Shown in pieces: positions 24,684 through 33,834 of a stretch of DNA of 52,637 nucleotides. Position numbers and translations under genes: made by a program. Position 1 is the first letter of the stretch; each line of letters opens with the position of its first letter. Origin of the DNA: a virus (taxonomy: Duplodnaviria > Caudoviricetes); IMG/VR virus record IMGVR_UViG_3300043432_000046, positions 1 through 52,637 of that record; one strand, 5' to 3'. The notes beneath the pieces were generated by a model. That model saw only the letters and a program-made list of their open reading frames with translations, did no database searches and was not told where the DNA came from.

Positions 24684-27167
24684 ATGCCAAACTACGTTCC
24701 AGCGGAAGGGCGGACGGACGCACGTATAGTGCTTGTGGGTGAAGCACCTGGCAAGTACGAAAACATGCGCCGCCGCCCTTTCGTTGGGCCGAGTGGAGCG
24801 AAGCTAGAAAGCTGGTGGAAAGATGTCGGACTCACGCGCAAAGACTTCTTCATCACGAACGTTTACAAATACCAACCGAAAGCAAACAAGATTGAAACGG
24901 TCCCGAAAGGAGAACTTGCGCAGTCCATTGATTCGTTACTTGACGAACTCGCAGGACTTCAACAACCTTTTATATTGGTGCCAACAGGTAATACGGCTTT
25001 ACGAGCGATTACAGGCCGATCCGGTATCCTCAAATGGCGTGGATCAATTCTTACATGCACTGACCGTGCTGGCCGACAAATTAAGGTGGTTCCAACTATC
25101 CATCCAGCCGCTATATTTAGATCACCTTATCTCGAAAAGCGATGCCGCTCTGACTGGCAACGCATCGCGTCCGAAGCCACGACACCGGAAATCATCCTCC
25201 CCGAACGCGAACATTTCATCAACCCCACGCTCAGTGACGTTGCGAACTTCCACGCTCAAGCGTTGGAAGCCGACGCACTTTCCATCGACATCGAAACACC
25301 GCGACACGTCACAGCCGAGTTCGTCCGTACCACGAAAAAAGGCAAACCGATCTACAAAAAGCAGCGGAGCGAAAGGTACATCGCGATGGTCGGATTTGCT
25401 ACCAGCGCGACGTTTAGCTTTACTATCCCAACTACCTTAGCCTACTGGGGCGACGAAGGTACGCTCGCGCTGGTGTGGCAATACATAAAGGAGCTTTGTG
25501 AAGGACCAAGTGAAAAGATTCTACAGAATGGTATGTTCGATGCTTTCTGGCTGGCGACTGATCGCGGTATTCGTATCAATAATTATCGTTGGGATTGCCT
25601 GGGCCAGCACCATGCTCTTGATCCTGCTGATGACCATGATCTTGCATATATGGCAAGCATTGATACGCGGGAGCCGTACTGGAAGGACAGCGGCAAAGAC
25701 GACAACGCAGACGAAGACGAACCAGACGCATCGAGCTTCGATTCCTTCCAACGGTACAATGGAAAGGATTGCGCTGTTGAGTTTGAACTTGCGGAAACCT
25801 ACGCTCAACGACTCGCTTCGGCGGGGCTTCTCAAGTTCTACGAAGACCACTACGCATCACTGATCGAACCGCTACTGGACATCACGCTACACGGTGTACT
25901 AATCGACGTGCACCAAATGAAGGTGCGTCATGCAAATCTACTCATGGAGTGCATACGAATACAGGACCGACTTACTGCTCTGGCAGGTGAGCCTTTGTTC
26001 ACTAAGAAGTCGTTGTCAGTCAAAAAGGTGGCCAAGTTTCTCTATGCAACTCTCGGCTTGCCTAAAACCCTCGTCAAAGGAAAAGTTACAGTCAATGAGG
26101 TCGCACTTCGTCGTATGGCTATTAAACACTCGCGCAATGTCGTGGCTACAGAAGCGATTGGAGCTATACTGGATCACCGAAGGAAGTTCCAACTTGGGAC
26201 TTTTTTACAAAACGAGAAATGCGACAGTGATAATAGGCTTAGGTGTACGTACAAGTTCACTACTGAGTTTAATCGACTGGCCTCATCTGCAAATCCAAGG
26301 GGAACAGGCCGTAACCTACAGAACGTTGACAGGGAAATCCTCGACATCTTTATCCCTGATCCGGGCTGTATTCTGCTCGAAGCTGATCTCTCCCAAGCGG
26401 AAGATCGTATTGTTAAGTCTTTGGCGTATAATATCACTGGGAACGCTGCGTTACTGGGACGCGCTCGATCAATGCCCTGGGAAAATGACGAACATAAGCG
26501 AGCCGCTGTTGCAATTTTCCGTGTCGGACTTCAAGCCGTTACCAAAGAACAACGATACCTAGCCAAGCGCGTGCGCCATGCGTCCAACTACGGAATGCAC
26601 GGCAAACGCTTATCAGACGAACTGCTAAAAGACGGTTACACGTTCACACCTGAAGAATGCCAAGCCATGATCGACGGTCTGCTGGCCGCAGACCCGGACA
26701 TACTTGAATGGCAGAAGGCGACACGGCGCGAGATTATTCAGCATCGGTGTTTGTCAAACTCCTGGGGCCGCATCATCGACTTTACGTACGAACGCTTGGA
26801 CGATGATCTGTTCAGGCGCGGTTACGCTTTTAGGCCGCAGAGTGAAGTCGGTATGCTACTGAACCAATGGGGTCTGCGTCCCGTACACAAATACATAAAG
26901 GAGAACAACTTACATGCTCGCATCAATATGCAAGTCCACGATGCTCTCAAGATTAGTTGCCCGCCTGACGAGGCGCTCGAACTCGCCGTGCTGCTCAAGT
27001 CATCACTTGAACGTCCACGCCTTTACGGGCCTACCAAACTTAGCATCCCCGTTGAGTTCAAACTCGGACTCAACGCAAAAGGCTCCATCGAGTTCAAGCA
27101 GTTCAACGCCCGCGCATTCGAAGAAGCAGCTTATGGTCTTGCAGCGAGTGCCGGTGTTGCCGCCTGA
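24684..27167 (+). CDS. polA: Family A DNA polymerase with N-terminal family-4 uracil-DNA glycosylase and 3'-5' exonuclease domains
   Basis: UDG GEAPG, FVGPSG, HPAA; Exo DIET, NGMFD, YNGKD; Pol ADLSQAE, RYLAKRVRHASNYG, VHD. Confidence 0.93.
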   Translation: MPNYVPAEGRTDARIVLVGEAPGKYENMRRRPFVGPSGAKLESWWKDVGLTRKDFFITNVYKYQPKANKIETVPKGELAQSIDSLLDELAGLQQPFILVPTGNTALRAITGRSGILKWRGSILTCTDRAGRQIKVVPTIHPAAIFRSPYLEKRCRSDWQRIASEATTPEIILPEREHFINPTLSDVANFHAQALEADALSIDIETPRHVTAEFVRTTKKGKPIYKKQRSERYIAMVGFATSATFSFTIPTTLAYWGDEGTLALVWQYIKELCEGPSEKILQNGMFDAFWLATDRGIRINNYRWDCLGQHHALDPADDHDLAYMASIDTREPYWKDSGKDDNADEDEPDASSFDSFQRYNGKDCAVEFELAETYAQRLASAGLLKFYEDHYASLIEPLLDITLHGVLIDVHQMKVRHANLLMECIRIQDRLTALAGEPLFTKKSLSVKKVAKFLYATLGLPKTLVKGKVTVNEVALRRMAIKHSRNVVATEAIGAILDHRRKFQLGTFLQNEKCDSDNRLRCTYKFTTEFNRLASSANPRGTGRNLQNVDREILDIFIPDPGCILLEADLSQAEDRIVKSLAYNITGNAALLGRARSMPWENDEHKRAAVAIFRVGLQAVTKEQRYLAKRVRHASNYGMHGKRLSDELLKDGYTFTPEECQAMIDGLLAADPDILEWQKATRREIIQHRCLSNSWGRIIDFTYERLDDDLFRRGYAFRPQSEVGMLLNQWGLRPVHKYIKENNLHARINMQVHDALKISCPPDEALELAVLLKSSLERPRLYGPTKLSIPVEFKLGLNAKGSIEFKQFNARAFEEAAYGLAASAGVAA

Positions 27168-27348
27168 ATTGTTAGTGGGTGACTTCGCGCTGGCTGTTAT
27201 TGATCGCTTTTGGGACGTGCTCGAAACAACGCCGGGTGAAACACGTCCTAAGTGCCGTGAAGTTATCATCGAAGAATTCCACAAACGCTTCGAGCTAGTC
27301 GTTCCAATCACGTTACCGAAAGGATGGGTGTACGATGATCGACCTTGA
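27133..27348 (+). CDS. Hypothetical protein (start uncertain)
   Basis: Fills the gap after polA. Confidence 0.5.
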   Translation: MVLQRVPVLPPELLVGDFALAVIDRFWDVLETTPGETRPKCREVIIEEFHKRFELVVPITLPKGWVYDDRP

Positions 27349-27622
27349 AAAACACGAACACACGTTGCGTTCTTTTGTTGAAGACGAAGAAGTAATTAAG
27401 TATGCAATGGAACGTATGGATTATGGCGCTAGTAAATACGAACTTTGCATAGGCCCGATTGACCCTGACCGTGATTTGCTTGCTGAAGGCCGCGAAGAAT
27501 TCATCGACGGGCTGAATCGCCTAATCATGCACATAAATAAGCAGGCCGCGTACAGCCCAGTGATGGCACAGGTGATCTTTGAGGCGTTGTCGGTGATACG
27601 TGGTATCAACTTGCTCAAATGA
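27335..27622 (+). CDS. MazG-like all-alpha NTP pyrophosphohydrolase-type protein
   Basis: R...G..KY ... EGREEFID pattern. Confidence 0.55.
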   Translation: MIDLEKHEHTLRSFVEDEEVIKYAMERMDYGASKYELCIGPIDPDRDLLAEGREEFIDGLNRLIMHINKQAAYSPVMAQVIFEALSVIRGINLLK

Positions 27623-27634
27623 GGCACCTGTGCC

Positions 27635-28873
27635 GTGGTATTCAACCCGATCCTACAACAAACGTCGAACATTCTACGCCTCTATATCCACCAGACAGGC
27701 CGCTCCGAAGTCCCTGACGATTACCACGTTTGGTCCTGTATCGCCCTGATCGCCGCAGCAGTTGGCGACCGTGTGTGGTACTGTAAGTACAGGCACACGA
27801 AGTTGCATCCAAACATGTACACGCTGCTCGTGGGACCGTCTGGTTCTGGAAAGGACTTGGCGATCTCTCAGGCACTTGCGTTCGTAAAGAACTTACAGAC
27901 CGTCAAGTTGTACGCGGGCCGTGCGACTGCTCCGTACATCATCGACTTCCTTTCGCGCTCCGCAAACGGACGCCCGCCGTTGAATCACTCCCGCATGTTT
28001 CTCGTAACACCCGAACTCGCAATGGCAGTCGGCAGTGGCAACATGGCTGACGAGTTCGTGAAGCTCACGACGGCGCTGTATGGCGGTGCAGACTATCCAC
28101 TGACCGAAGGCACACGCACCAGCGGCACACACATAATAATGAATCCCTGCTTGAACTTCCTCGGCGGCACAACCGAAGAATGGATGATGCGGGCGTTGAC
28201 ACGCGATGCTATCGAAGGCGGCTTCTTTGCGCGTGTCGCCGCAGTGAAAGGAGAAGTGGACTTTGCGAACCGCGTGCTTGATCCTGTATACCCACAGGAC
28301 TACGAAGACGTAGTGGATCACCTGCACATGCGTATCAAGATGCTCACGGCTGTGGAGGGCGAGTTTAACTTTGCGCCCGATGCGAAACGCATTGAAGAAC
28401 AATGGTACATGACGCGGGAAGTACCGTATGACGACTCGTTGATTCCTTCGTGGATGCGCCAACACGCAATGATACTGAAGCTCGCTATGCTGTTGTCGCT
28501 TATGGACAATACTGACTACACGCCCGAATCGTTCGTGATCGAACTGAAGCACTTGCGCCGCGCACAGCAGTTGTCGATGGACTTGCAACTGAAGTTGCCA
28601 CATTTCATTAACCTCGCAACGAAGTCGGACGAAACAAAGTGGCTTGACACGGTGACGAAGTTGCTCAAGCGTGCAGGCCGCATACAGCGTTACAAGCTAA
28701 TGCAAATGTGCAGCAGCCGTGGATTGGATCGCGTGAAGCTGGACTACTGCTTGGAGCAGTTGAAAATGGAACGAAAGGTCGGTTGCGCGACGGCTCCGGG
28801 CGGCAATGGAATGATGTATACGTGGTTAGTGAACAAACGGCAGATGCCGAAGGCGGTAGGAGCCGATGACTGA
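27635..28873 (+). CDS. DUF3987-type P-loop ATPase (putative replicative helicase) with C-terminal winged helix
   Basis: SEVP..YH.W, PNMY..LVGPSGSGK, N.LGGTT, GGFFAR. Confidence 0.8.
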   Translation: MVFNPILQQTSNILRLYIHQTGRSEVPDDYHVWSCIALIAAAVGDRVWYCKYRHTKLHPNMYTLLVGPSGSGKDLAISQALAFVKNLQTVKLYAGRATAPYIIDFLSRSANGRPPLNHSRMFLVTPELAMAVGSGNMADEFVKLTTALYGGADYPLTEGTRTSGTHIIMNPCLNFLGGTTEEWMMRALTRDAIEGGFFARVAAVKGEVDFANRVLDPVYPQDYEDVVDHLHMRIKMLTAVEGEFNFAPDAKRIEEQWYMTREVPYDDSLIPSWMRQHAMILKLAMLLSLMDNTDYTPESFVIELKHLRRAQQLSMDLQLKLPHFINLATKSDETKWLDTVTKLLKRAGRIQRYKLMQMCSSRGLDRVKLDYCLEQLKMERKVGCATAPGGNGMMYTWLVNKRQMPKAVGADD

Positions 28874-29183
28874 TAACGACGACAGCGCCCACGAACGGGC
28901 CTTACTTTTAGCGTTGCTCAAACAAGCAGTTGATGACTACTGTTTGCAGCCGCGTACCAACCGTGAGCACCTTGCACACCGAGCCGTAGCTTTGTGGTTC
29001 AACGAGAGCGATCACTCACACGACGAAGGTTATACATTCAGTGACGTATGTGCTTACTTGAACCTAAACGAAAACTACATACGGCGGCAACTTCAACTAC
29101 GTGTAAAGGCTATTCAGGCTTTTGACCCGCGACACGTTCGCTTGAGGCGGCGAGGTTCGCGAGTTGGACGACGGCGTTCGTAA
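28866..29183 (+). CDS. Phage hypothetical protein, possible regulator
   Basis: L.QAV.D...WF...F..VC..L.L....IR pattern; AGGAG RBS. Confidence 0.7.
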   Translation: MTDNDDSAHERALLLALLKQAVDDYCLQPRTNREHLAHRAVALWFNESDHSHDEGYTFSDVCAYLNLNENYIRRQLQLRVKAIQAFDPRHVRLRRRGSRVGRRRS

Positions 29184-29191
29184 AGGAGAAG

Positions 29192-29368
29192 ATGATGGCA
29201 ATAGTAAGAGATGCGTACGCCAAACTTATTGATCCCGCACTCAGAAGGATTTGGTTGGACAACTTCAAGCACGCTGACGACTGCGTATGCGGCGACTGTA
29301 TCCGCGATCTCGTCAAGGCTGCGCTTCTTCGCGGCCAGCAATCCGTTCAGTCGAAGAAACAAGATTAG
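29192..29368 (+). CDS. 58-aa Cys/His peptide, last + arm gene
   Basis: AAGGAG RBS; H...C.C..C; convergent overlap with 29313. Confidence 0.6.
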   Translation: MMAIVRDAYAKLIDPALRRIWLDNFKHADDCVCGDCIRDLVKAALLRGQQSVQSKKQD

Positions 29369-31148
29369 CAAGTTGTGCAGCAATGTGCATAGCAGCCTTC
29401 GTACCTGGCGCGACTTTGAAACCATCGTTAAGCAACTTCAATCCGTGCTCAGTTGAAAGCAGTTTGGACAGTAGCATCGGCGTAACAAGCAACGATCCAC
29501 CGCGTAGCATCGCTTCAGCAGGACGCCCCGCGAGCGTTGCGCCCATCACACGTACCACGCCGTAACCCATTCCAACAGGTCCAACCTTTGCAGTGAAGAT
29601 GCCTGGCCGTGTCTGTTCAATGATTTCTACGTTGCTGATAAGCTCGTCAAGTGGTCCACCCTTGCGAGCAACACGCGGGCCGAGCACGACGTTGCGGACT
29701 TCTGGTGAGTAGCCTTTCAGTTGACTCACGAGCTTCGCAGCATTGAACTGTCCGTTAGCTTCCATCGAGTTCTGTACCATGTCAGTCCACCAGGCTTTGC
29801 TGACTTTTTGCCAGTCTTCGATACCTTTGCGTGAACCCTGCTCGACGATCATGTTTTTGACGCTTTGCACTTGACTGTACTTGTTGTCCTTGATGATGTA
29901 CTTCACAACTTCTTCAGGGTTCTTGTTCGCTGCTTCACGAGCGAACGCGCCGTCCTTGAAGTACGGAGCGTAGGCTCGCTTGTAGTAGTCGTCTGCGTTC
30001 GCACGGAGCGTCTTCAACGCGGGATACTTTGCCTCGAATATCTTGATTGAATCTTCGATACCACCTTCAATGCTTTTTAGCTGGTGTGCAACGTCGTCAG
30101 CACCGCTGCGGAACGCTTGGTTGCGCAGGCTTTGTACTTCGTCTTGCAAGGACGCAAGACCTTGGTAGGACCATTGTTTCTGCGGGTTCGCTAGGCCGTA
30201 CTTTGCCGTAATTTGGTCAATCACGTCTTGGCTGAACGACGTTAAAGGTGTCCCGCCAGCCGTTCCAGGTGCTTGTTTAGCTTTCGGTGTGAGTTTGCCC
30301 GCTAGTGTTTCAGCTTTGCTTGGTAGTACGCCCTTACGTGATTCAAGCGTCTTCGCTATACCCTGTACGGCGTTCTGCAACGGCGTCGGTGTAATCAAGT
30401 CCGTATCCGGTACAACGCTACGGGCCTGCTTATACAAATCATCCACTTGGTTTTTCACTGCTGTCATTTCAGCCGCATACTTACGCTTGAACAAACCACC
30501 TGCACGCCGCAAACTGTAGTCGCCAATCGGCAATGTATTCGTAACAGCGGTCGTACCTTGGCTTACGACTTCCTGCAACGGTTTGTTGATCGTGAATTTC
30601 TTTCCAGTCCATTCCATGCCCTTCGTTAGCGCCTTCGTGCCGAGTGCGCCAAGTACCACACCAGTTCCGATGTTCGCTACGTTACCGACGCGCTCTGCTA
30701 CACCAGGCTGCGCACCAGGAATGCTTTCGATTAGCTTCTCGGCTTTGGTTCCTTTGACCAAACTCGTAACGTATGCACCGACACGATTCTGAATCGGTGT
30801 CGCCCAAGCGTTGTACGCCTGTGCAGCACCAAGGCCAGCTTCGAGTAGTCCACCGCCGACTTCGTTCGTTGGTGGTTCACCAGCAGGCCGTGCTCCTGGC
30901 GGTATCAGTGTGCTCGTGATGCTCTGACTAAGTTCGCCAGGCAAGTTCACAGCAGCACGTCCAAGCCCACCAGCAACACGCGACACGCCTTGTACTGCTT
31001 CGCTCGCAACCTCAGATGGATACGAAGGCTGCGCGAGCTTTGTGAGGTCCGCAGGTTCTTCCGCGCCTGACGGCAGCGCCGGTCCAGTAGGCCGTACAAT
31101 CGGATCAATCTCGACTGCACCTTCGGGCAACTTCAATGCTTCAGCCAT
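29313..31148 (-). CDS. Internal virion (ejection) protein
   Basis: Large helical A/G/K-rich protein at the end of the structural operon; ATG 31148. Confidence 0.7.
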   Translation of the reverse strand: MAEALKLPEGAVEIDPIVRPTGPALPSGAEEPADLTKLAQPSYPSEVASEAVQGVSRVAGGLGRAAVNLPGELSQSITSTLIPPGARPAGEPPTNEVGGGLLEAGLGAAQAYNAWATPIQNRVGAYVTSLVKGTKAEKLIESIPGAQPGVAERVGNVANIGTGVVLGALGTKALTKGMEWTGKKFTINKPLQEVVSQGTTAVTNTLPIGDYSLRRAGGLFKRKYAAEMTAVKNQVDDLYKQARSVVPDTDLITPTPLQNAVQGIAKTLESRKGVLPSKAETLAGKLTPKAKQAPGTAGGTPLTSFSQDVIDQITAKYGLANPQKQWSYQGLASLQDEVQSLRNQAFRSGADDVAHQLKSIEGGIEDSIKIFEAKYPALKTLRANADDYYKRAYAPYFKDGAFAREAANKNPEEVVKYIIKDNKYSQVQSVKNMIVEQGSRKGIEDWQKVSKAWWTDMVQNSMEANGQFNAAKLVSQLKGYSPEVRNVVLGPRVARKGGPLDELISNVEIIEQTRPGIFTAKVGPVGMGYGVVRVMGATLAGRPAEAMLRGGSLLVTPMLLSKLLSTEHGLKLLNDGFKVAPGTKAAMHIAAQLANLVSSTERIAGREEAQP

Positions 31149-31150
31149 AG

Positions 31151-32812
31151 TTATTGTCCTTGCATGAACTCTGCTTCGGGCACCCAATCTTTGCCGTTGT
31201 AGACACGCACGCTGCCGTCGCGCATTTTGATACGACGCCCAACGTTAGGATCAAGCCGTGTAAATTTGCTCACGTCCTTACCTGTTTTATCTTGCGCGTC
31301 AAGCAGATTGTTATGCCGCGTAGCTACAAGGTCCATACTGGCACGAATCTGTTCGTCAAATTGTCCACGACCAAGCGCAGCATCACCGATACCACGTAAC
31401 ATGCGCGTGGCGTCCTGGTCACTCAGTCTACGGCCTTCAGACGATATATCACCAAGGCGTCCGATCAGCGCATTGTACTTCGCTGCGAACTTCTTTTCTT
31501 CAGGCGTGAAGCCGAACAGGTTCGTGAAGTTTTCCATTTTCTGAGCGCGTTGGTTCTGTGCGAGAGCTTCGCGTAGCTTTGTGCTAAGGTTTGTCTTTTG
31601 CTTATCGAACATCTGACGACCGGCTTCACGAAGCGCAGAGAAGTCATCATAGCCAGTTTTCAATGCTGCGAGGTCACGAGCATCAGTCGATGCGATTGGG
31701 GGTTTTGGTATCGGTGGAGCGCCTGGCGCACGAGATACTGCTTGTGGCCCTTCGGCTGTTTGGACAATAACTTGCTGTGGTGCTTGCAAGACGCCTTTCT
31801 GTTCTTGCGGTGTCAACTGCTCGAATGCGCGTTCACGCGCCCCTGGCGGCGTTCCCATACCGAGCGCAGCAGGTGACTGTCCAGTAAGTCGAATAACCGC
31901 TGATTGCTTATCGACCTCCTTCATCTTAGGATCATTCCAAATCTGCGCAACCTGTTCACGCACAGCAGGATCAGACAACGCAACCTTGGCGTTTTCTTCG
32001 AGGTACGTGCTCCAAGGTTTGCCTGCGTACTGTGGATCGACGCCCTGCGCTGCGAGCGTAGCAGCCCGCAGCATCAAGTCACGTCGCGATCCTTGAACAC
32101 CAGCTTTGAGGAACGATTGGTAGTGCGCTTGTGCAGCTTCGTTGAAGACACCTTCCATGACGAGTTTGCGCATTGGCACACTCATGCCACGGCCTTCGGC
32201 GTCACCTTGTTCCATTGCAGCTTGTGGTAGTGCGCCACCTTGCACGCGCTGCGTAAACGTAGCCAAGGCTTCTGCATCGGCCTGGTTCTCAGTTAAGCGC
32301 CCAAGTTGCACAGATGTCTTGCCTTCAGCACCGATGTTGATTCCTGTGACAGTTAAGCCGCTACGCGGCCCTGGCGCAGCAGCAGCCGTAGGCTGCGGTG
32401 GATTTGCAGTCACCGGCAGATCGCCAGTTTCAGTTGCAGGCCCGATGGCACGTTGCGCTGGTGCAGCGGGCTGCGTAGGTGGTTGTGCTTGTCCTTGTGC
32501 GCCTTGCATCACAGCACTTAACGTCTGCACAGTACGCTGAACCTGATTCGCCGTCGAATTATACTCCGCACGCTGCTTCATCAAGTCGATTGTTTCTTTC
32601 GAGAAGTAACGCTTGTTGATCTTGTCGTATGCGTCGATGGTCGCAACGTCACCAGCTTGGATCGCAGGATTGAGAATAGTCTTTACGTGAAAGTCACGTT
32701 CGATTTTCATTTGCTTCTCAGCATCAGCTTGTTCTTTCTGCTTACTACCGACGTACACACCGCCGATCAGTCCAAGAAGCCCACCGATTGTTTCACCAAT
32801 GTCTACAGGCAT
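31151..32812 (-). CDS. Internal virion (ejection) protein
   Basis: N-terminal Gly-rich hydrophobic helix, Q/A-rich, C-terminal YNGKDW motif; AGGAG RBS. Confidence 0.7.
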   Translation of the reverse strand: MPVDIGETIGGLLGLIGGVYVGSKQKEQADAEKQMKIERDFHVKTILNPAIQAGDVATIDAYDKINKRYFSKETIDLMKQRAEYNSTANQVQRTVQTLSAVMQGAQGQAQPPTQPAAPAQRAIGPATETGDLPVTANPPQPTAAAAPGPRSGLTVTGINIGAEGKTSVQLGRLTENQADAEALATFTQRVQGGALPQAAMEQGDAEGRGMSVPMRKLVMEGVFNEAAQAHYQSFLKAGVQGSRRDLMLRAATLAAQGVDPQYAGKPWSTYLEENAKVALSDPAVREQVAQIWNDPKMKEVDKQSAVIRLTGQSPAALGMGTPPGARERAFEQLTPQEQKGVLQAPQQVIVQTAEGPQAVSRAPGAPPIPKPPIASTDARDLAALKTGYDDFSALREAGRQMFDKQKTNLSTKLREALAQNQRAQKMENFTNLFGFTPEEKKFAAKYNALIGRLGDISSEGRRLSDQDATRMLRGIGDAALGRGQFDEQIRASMDLVATRHNNLLDAQDKTGKDVSKFTRLDPNVGRRIKMRDGSVRVYNGKDWVPEAEFMQGQ

Positions 32813-32822
32813 AGTGTTGCTC

Positions 32823-33332
32823 CTATGGTATTGGAGTTGGCACTCCACCTAAGTTTATACCAACCTTAAACATACCTGCGAGCGAACTAAACGGATTGCT
32901 TCCACCTGTTGTAGTGCTCGTAGATGTCGAAACGGGTGTTCCCCATACTGGCGAGCCGCGCATCATAGCAGTATCAGGAGCTTGACCAATCAATGCTTGA
33001 ATTGCTTGTAGCGCAGCTTGCGACACGTTGAATCCGCCCTGACCTTTGACAGTTTCGACAAGGTTACGTCCGTACTCGCCCGCGCCGCTCCGAGCAACAG
33101 CAGTCGTCGCAGATCGCGTTGTATCCGATGCCGATTTGCTACCTGCTTCGATAAGCCGTTGCAAAATTGGTATCTGCGCACCGACGCCGCCCGTCTTCAG
33201 CGCCTCAAGTATCTGGCGTGTAAGTTCTTGGAGTATCGGCATCGTTGCTTGGGCTGTACCGGCCATCACCCGCTTCTGTTGAGCAGATGGACCGCTTGCA
33301 CTTTGTTGTTTACCACTACTTCCTTTACTCAT
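32823..33332 (-). CDS. Small internal virion (pilot/ejection) protein
   Basis: MSKGSSG..., S/T/G-rich; typical position. Confidence 0.65.
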   Translation of the reverse strand: MSKGSSGKQQSASGPSAQQKRVMAGTAQATMPILQELTRQILEALKTGGVGAQIPILQRLIEAGSKSASDTTRSATTAVARSGAGEYGRNLVETVKGQGGFNVSQAALQAIQALIGQAPDTAMMRGSPVWGTPVSTSTSTTTGGSNPFSSLAGMFKVGINLGGVPTPIP

Positions 33333-33834
33333 TAGCAGCCCTCCTTACCAAGTGCGTTTCCCGCGCCTCAAAGCTGGCTTTTGTAATGTACATAACATGC
33401 ACAGGTCGATCTCCATCCCATAAGTGCGGTATTTCACCTATTAGAATATACCCTAAACGTTGGTGCGCGTCTAGTAAATTCTTTTGGGGTGTTAGGCCCA
33501 AAAGCACGTTGTAGTGCTCAAAGCCGTACGCAATGGCTTCTTCCATTGCTTGCAACCAGTCTTTACCGCGACGACGGTTAGGATGAACCCACATATCGAA
33601 CTGTCCGCCGCCCATCGCGTGCCGAATGATGGCCGCGTACCAGATACCAGACTCCTTTGCATACTTGAACACAAGCCTCGAAGTTCGCATATCGTAGTAG
33701 AAACCGCTCAAGCACAAGTCTTCAATCGGTAGTACCTTCGCGATGTCGCCAGTCGCCGTCAAGTACGAATGCCATTGTAACAGCAGTAAATCGTGAAACG
33801 GAGTTGGTTCGTATTCAATTAGTTTTTCGTTCAT
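33325..33834 (-). CDS. GNAT-fold virion assembly protein
   Basis: VHPNRRRG, A...RLGY...GEIP; position after nozzle as in podoviruses. Confidence 0.7.
   Translation of the reverse strand: MNEKLIEYEPTPFHDLLLLQWHSYLTATGDIAKVLPIEDLCLSGFYYDMRTSRLVFKYAKESGIWYAAIIRHAMGGGQFDMWVHPNRRRGKDWLQAMEEAIAYGFEHYNVLLGLTPQKNLLDAHQRLGYILIGEIPHLWDGDRPVHVMYITKASFEARETHLVRRAANE

Noticed and set aside
11317-29368. Lysogeny module, phage RNA polymerase or DNA-modification cluster
   Set aside because: No integrase, CI-like repressor, RNAP, methyltransferase or base-modification motifs recognised
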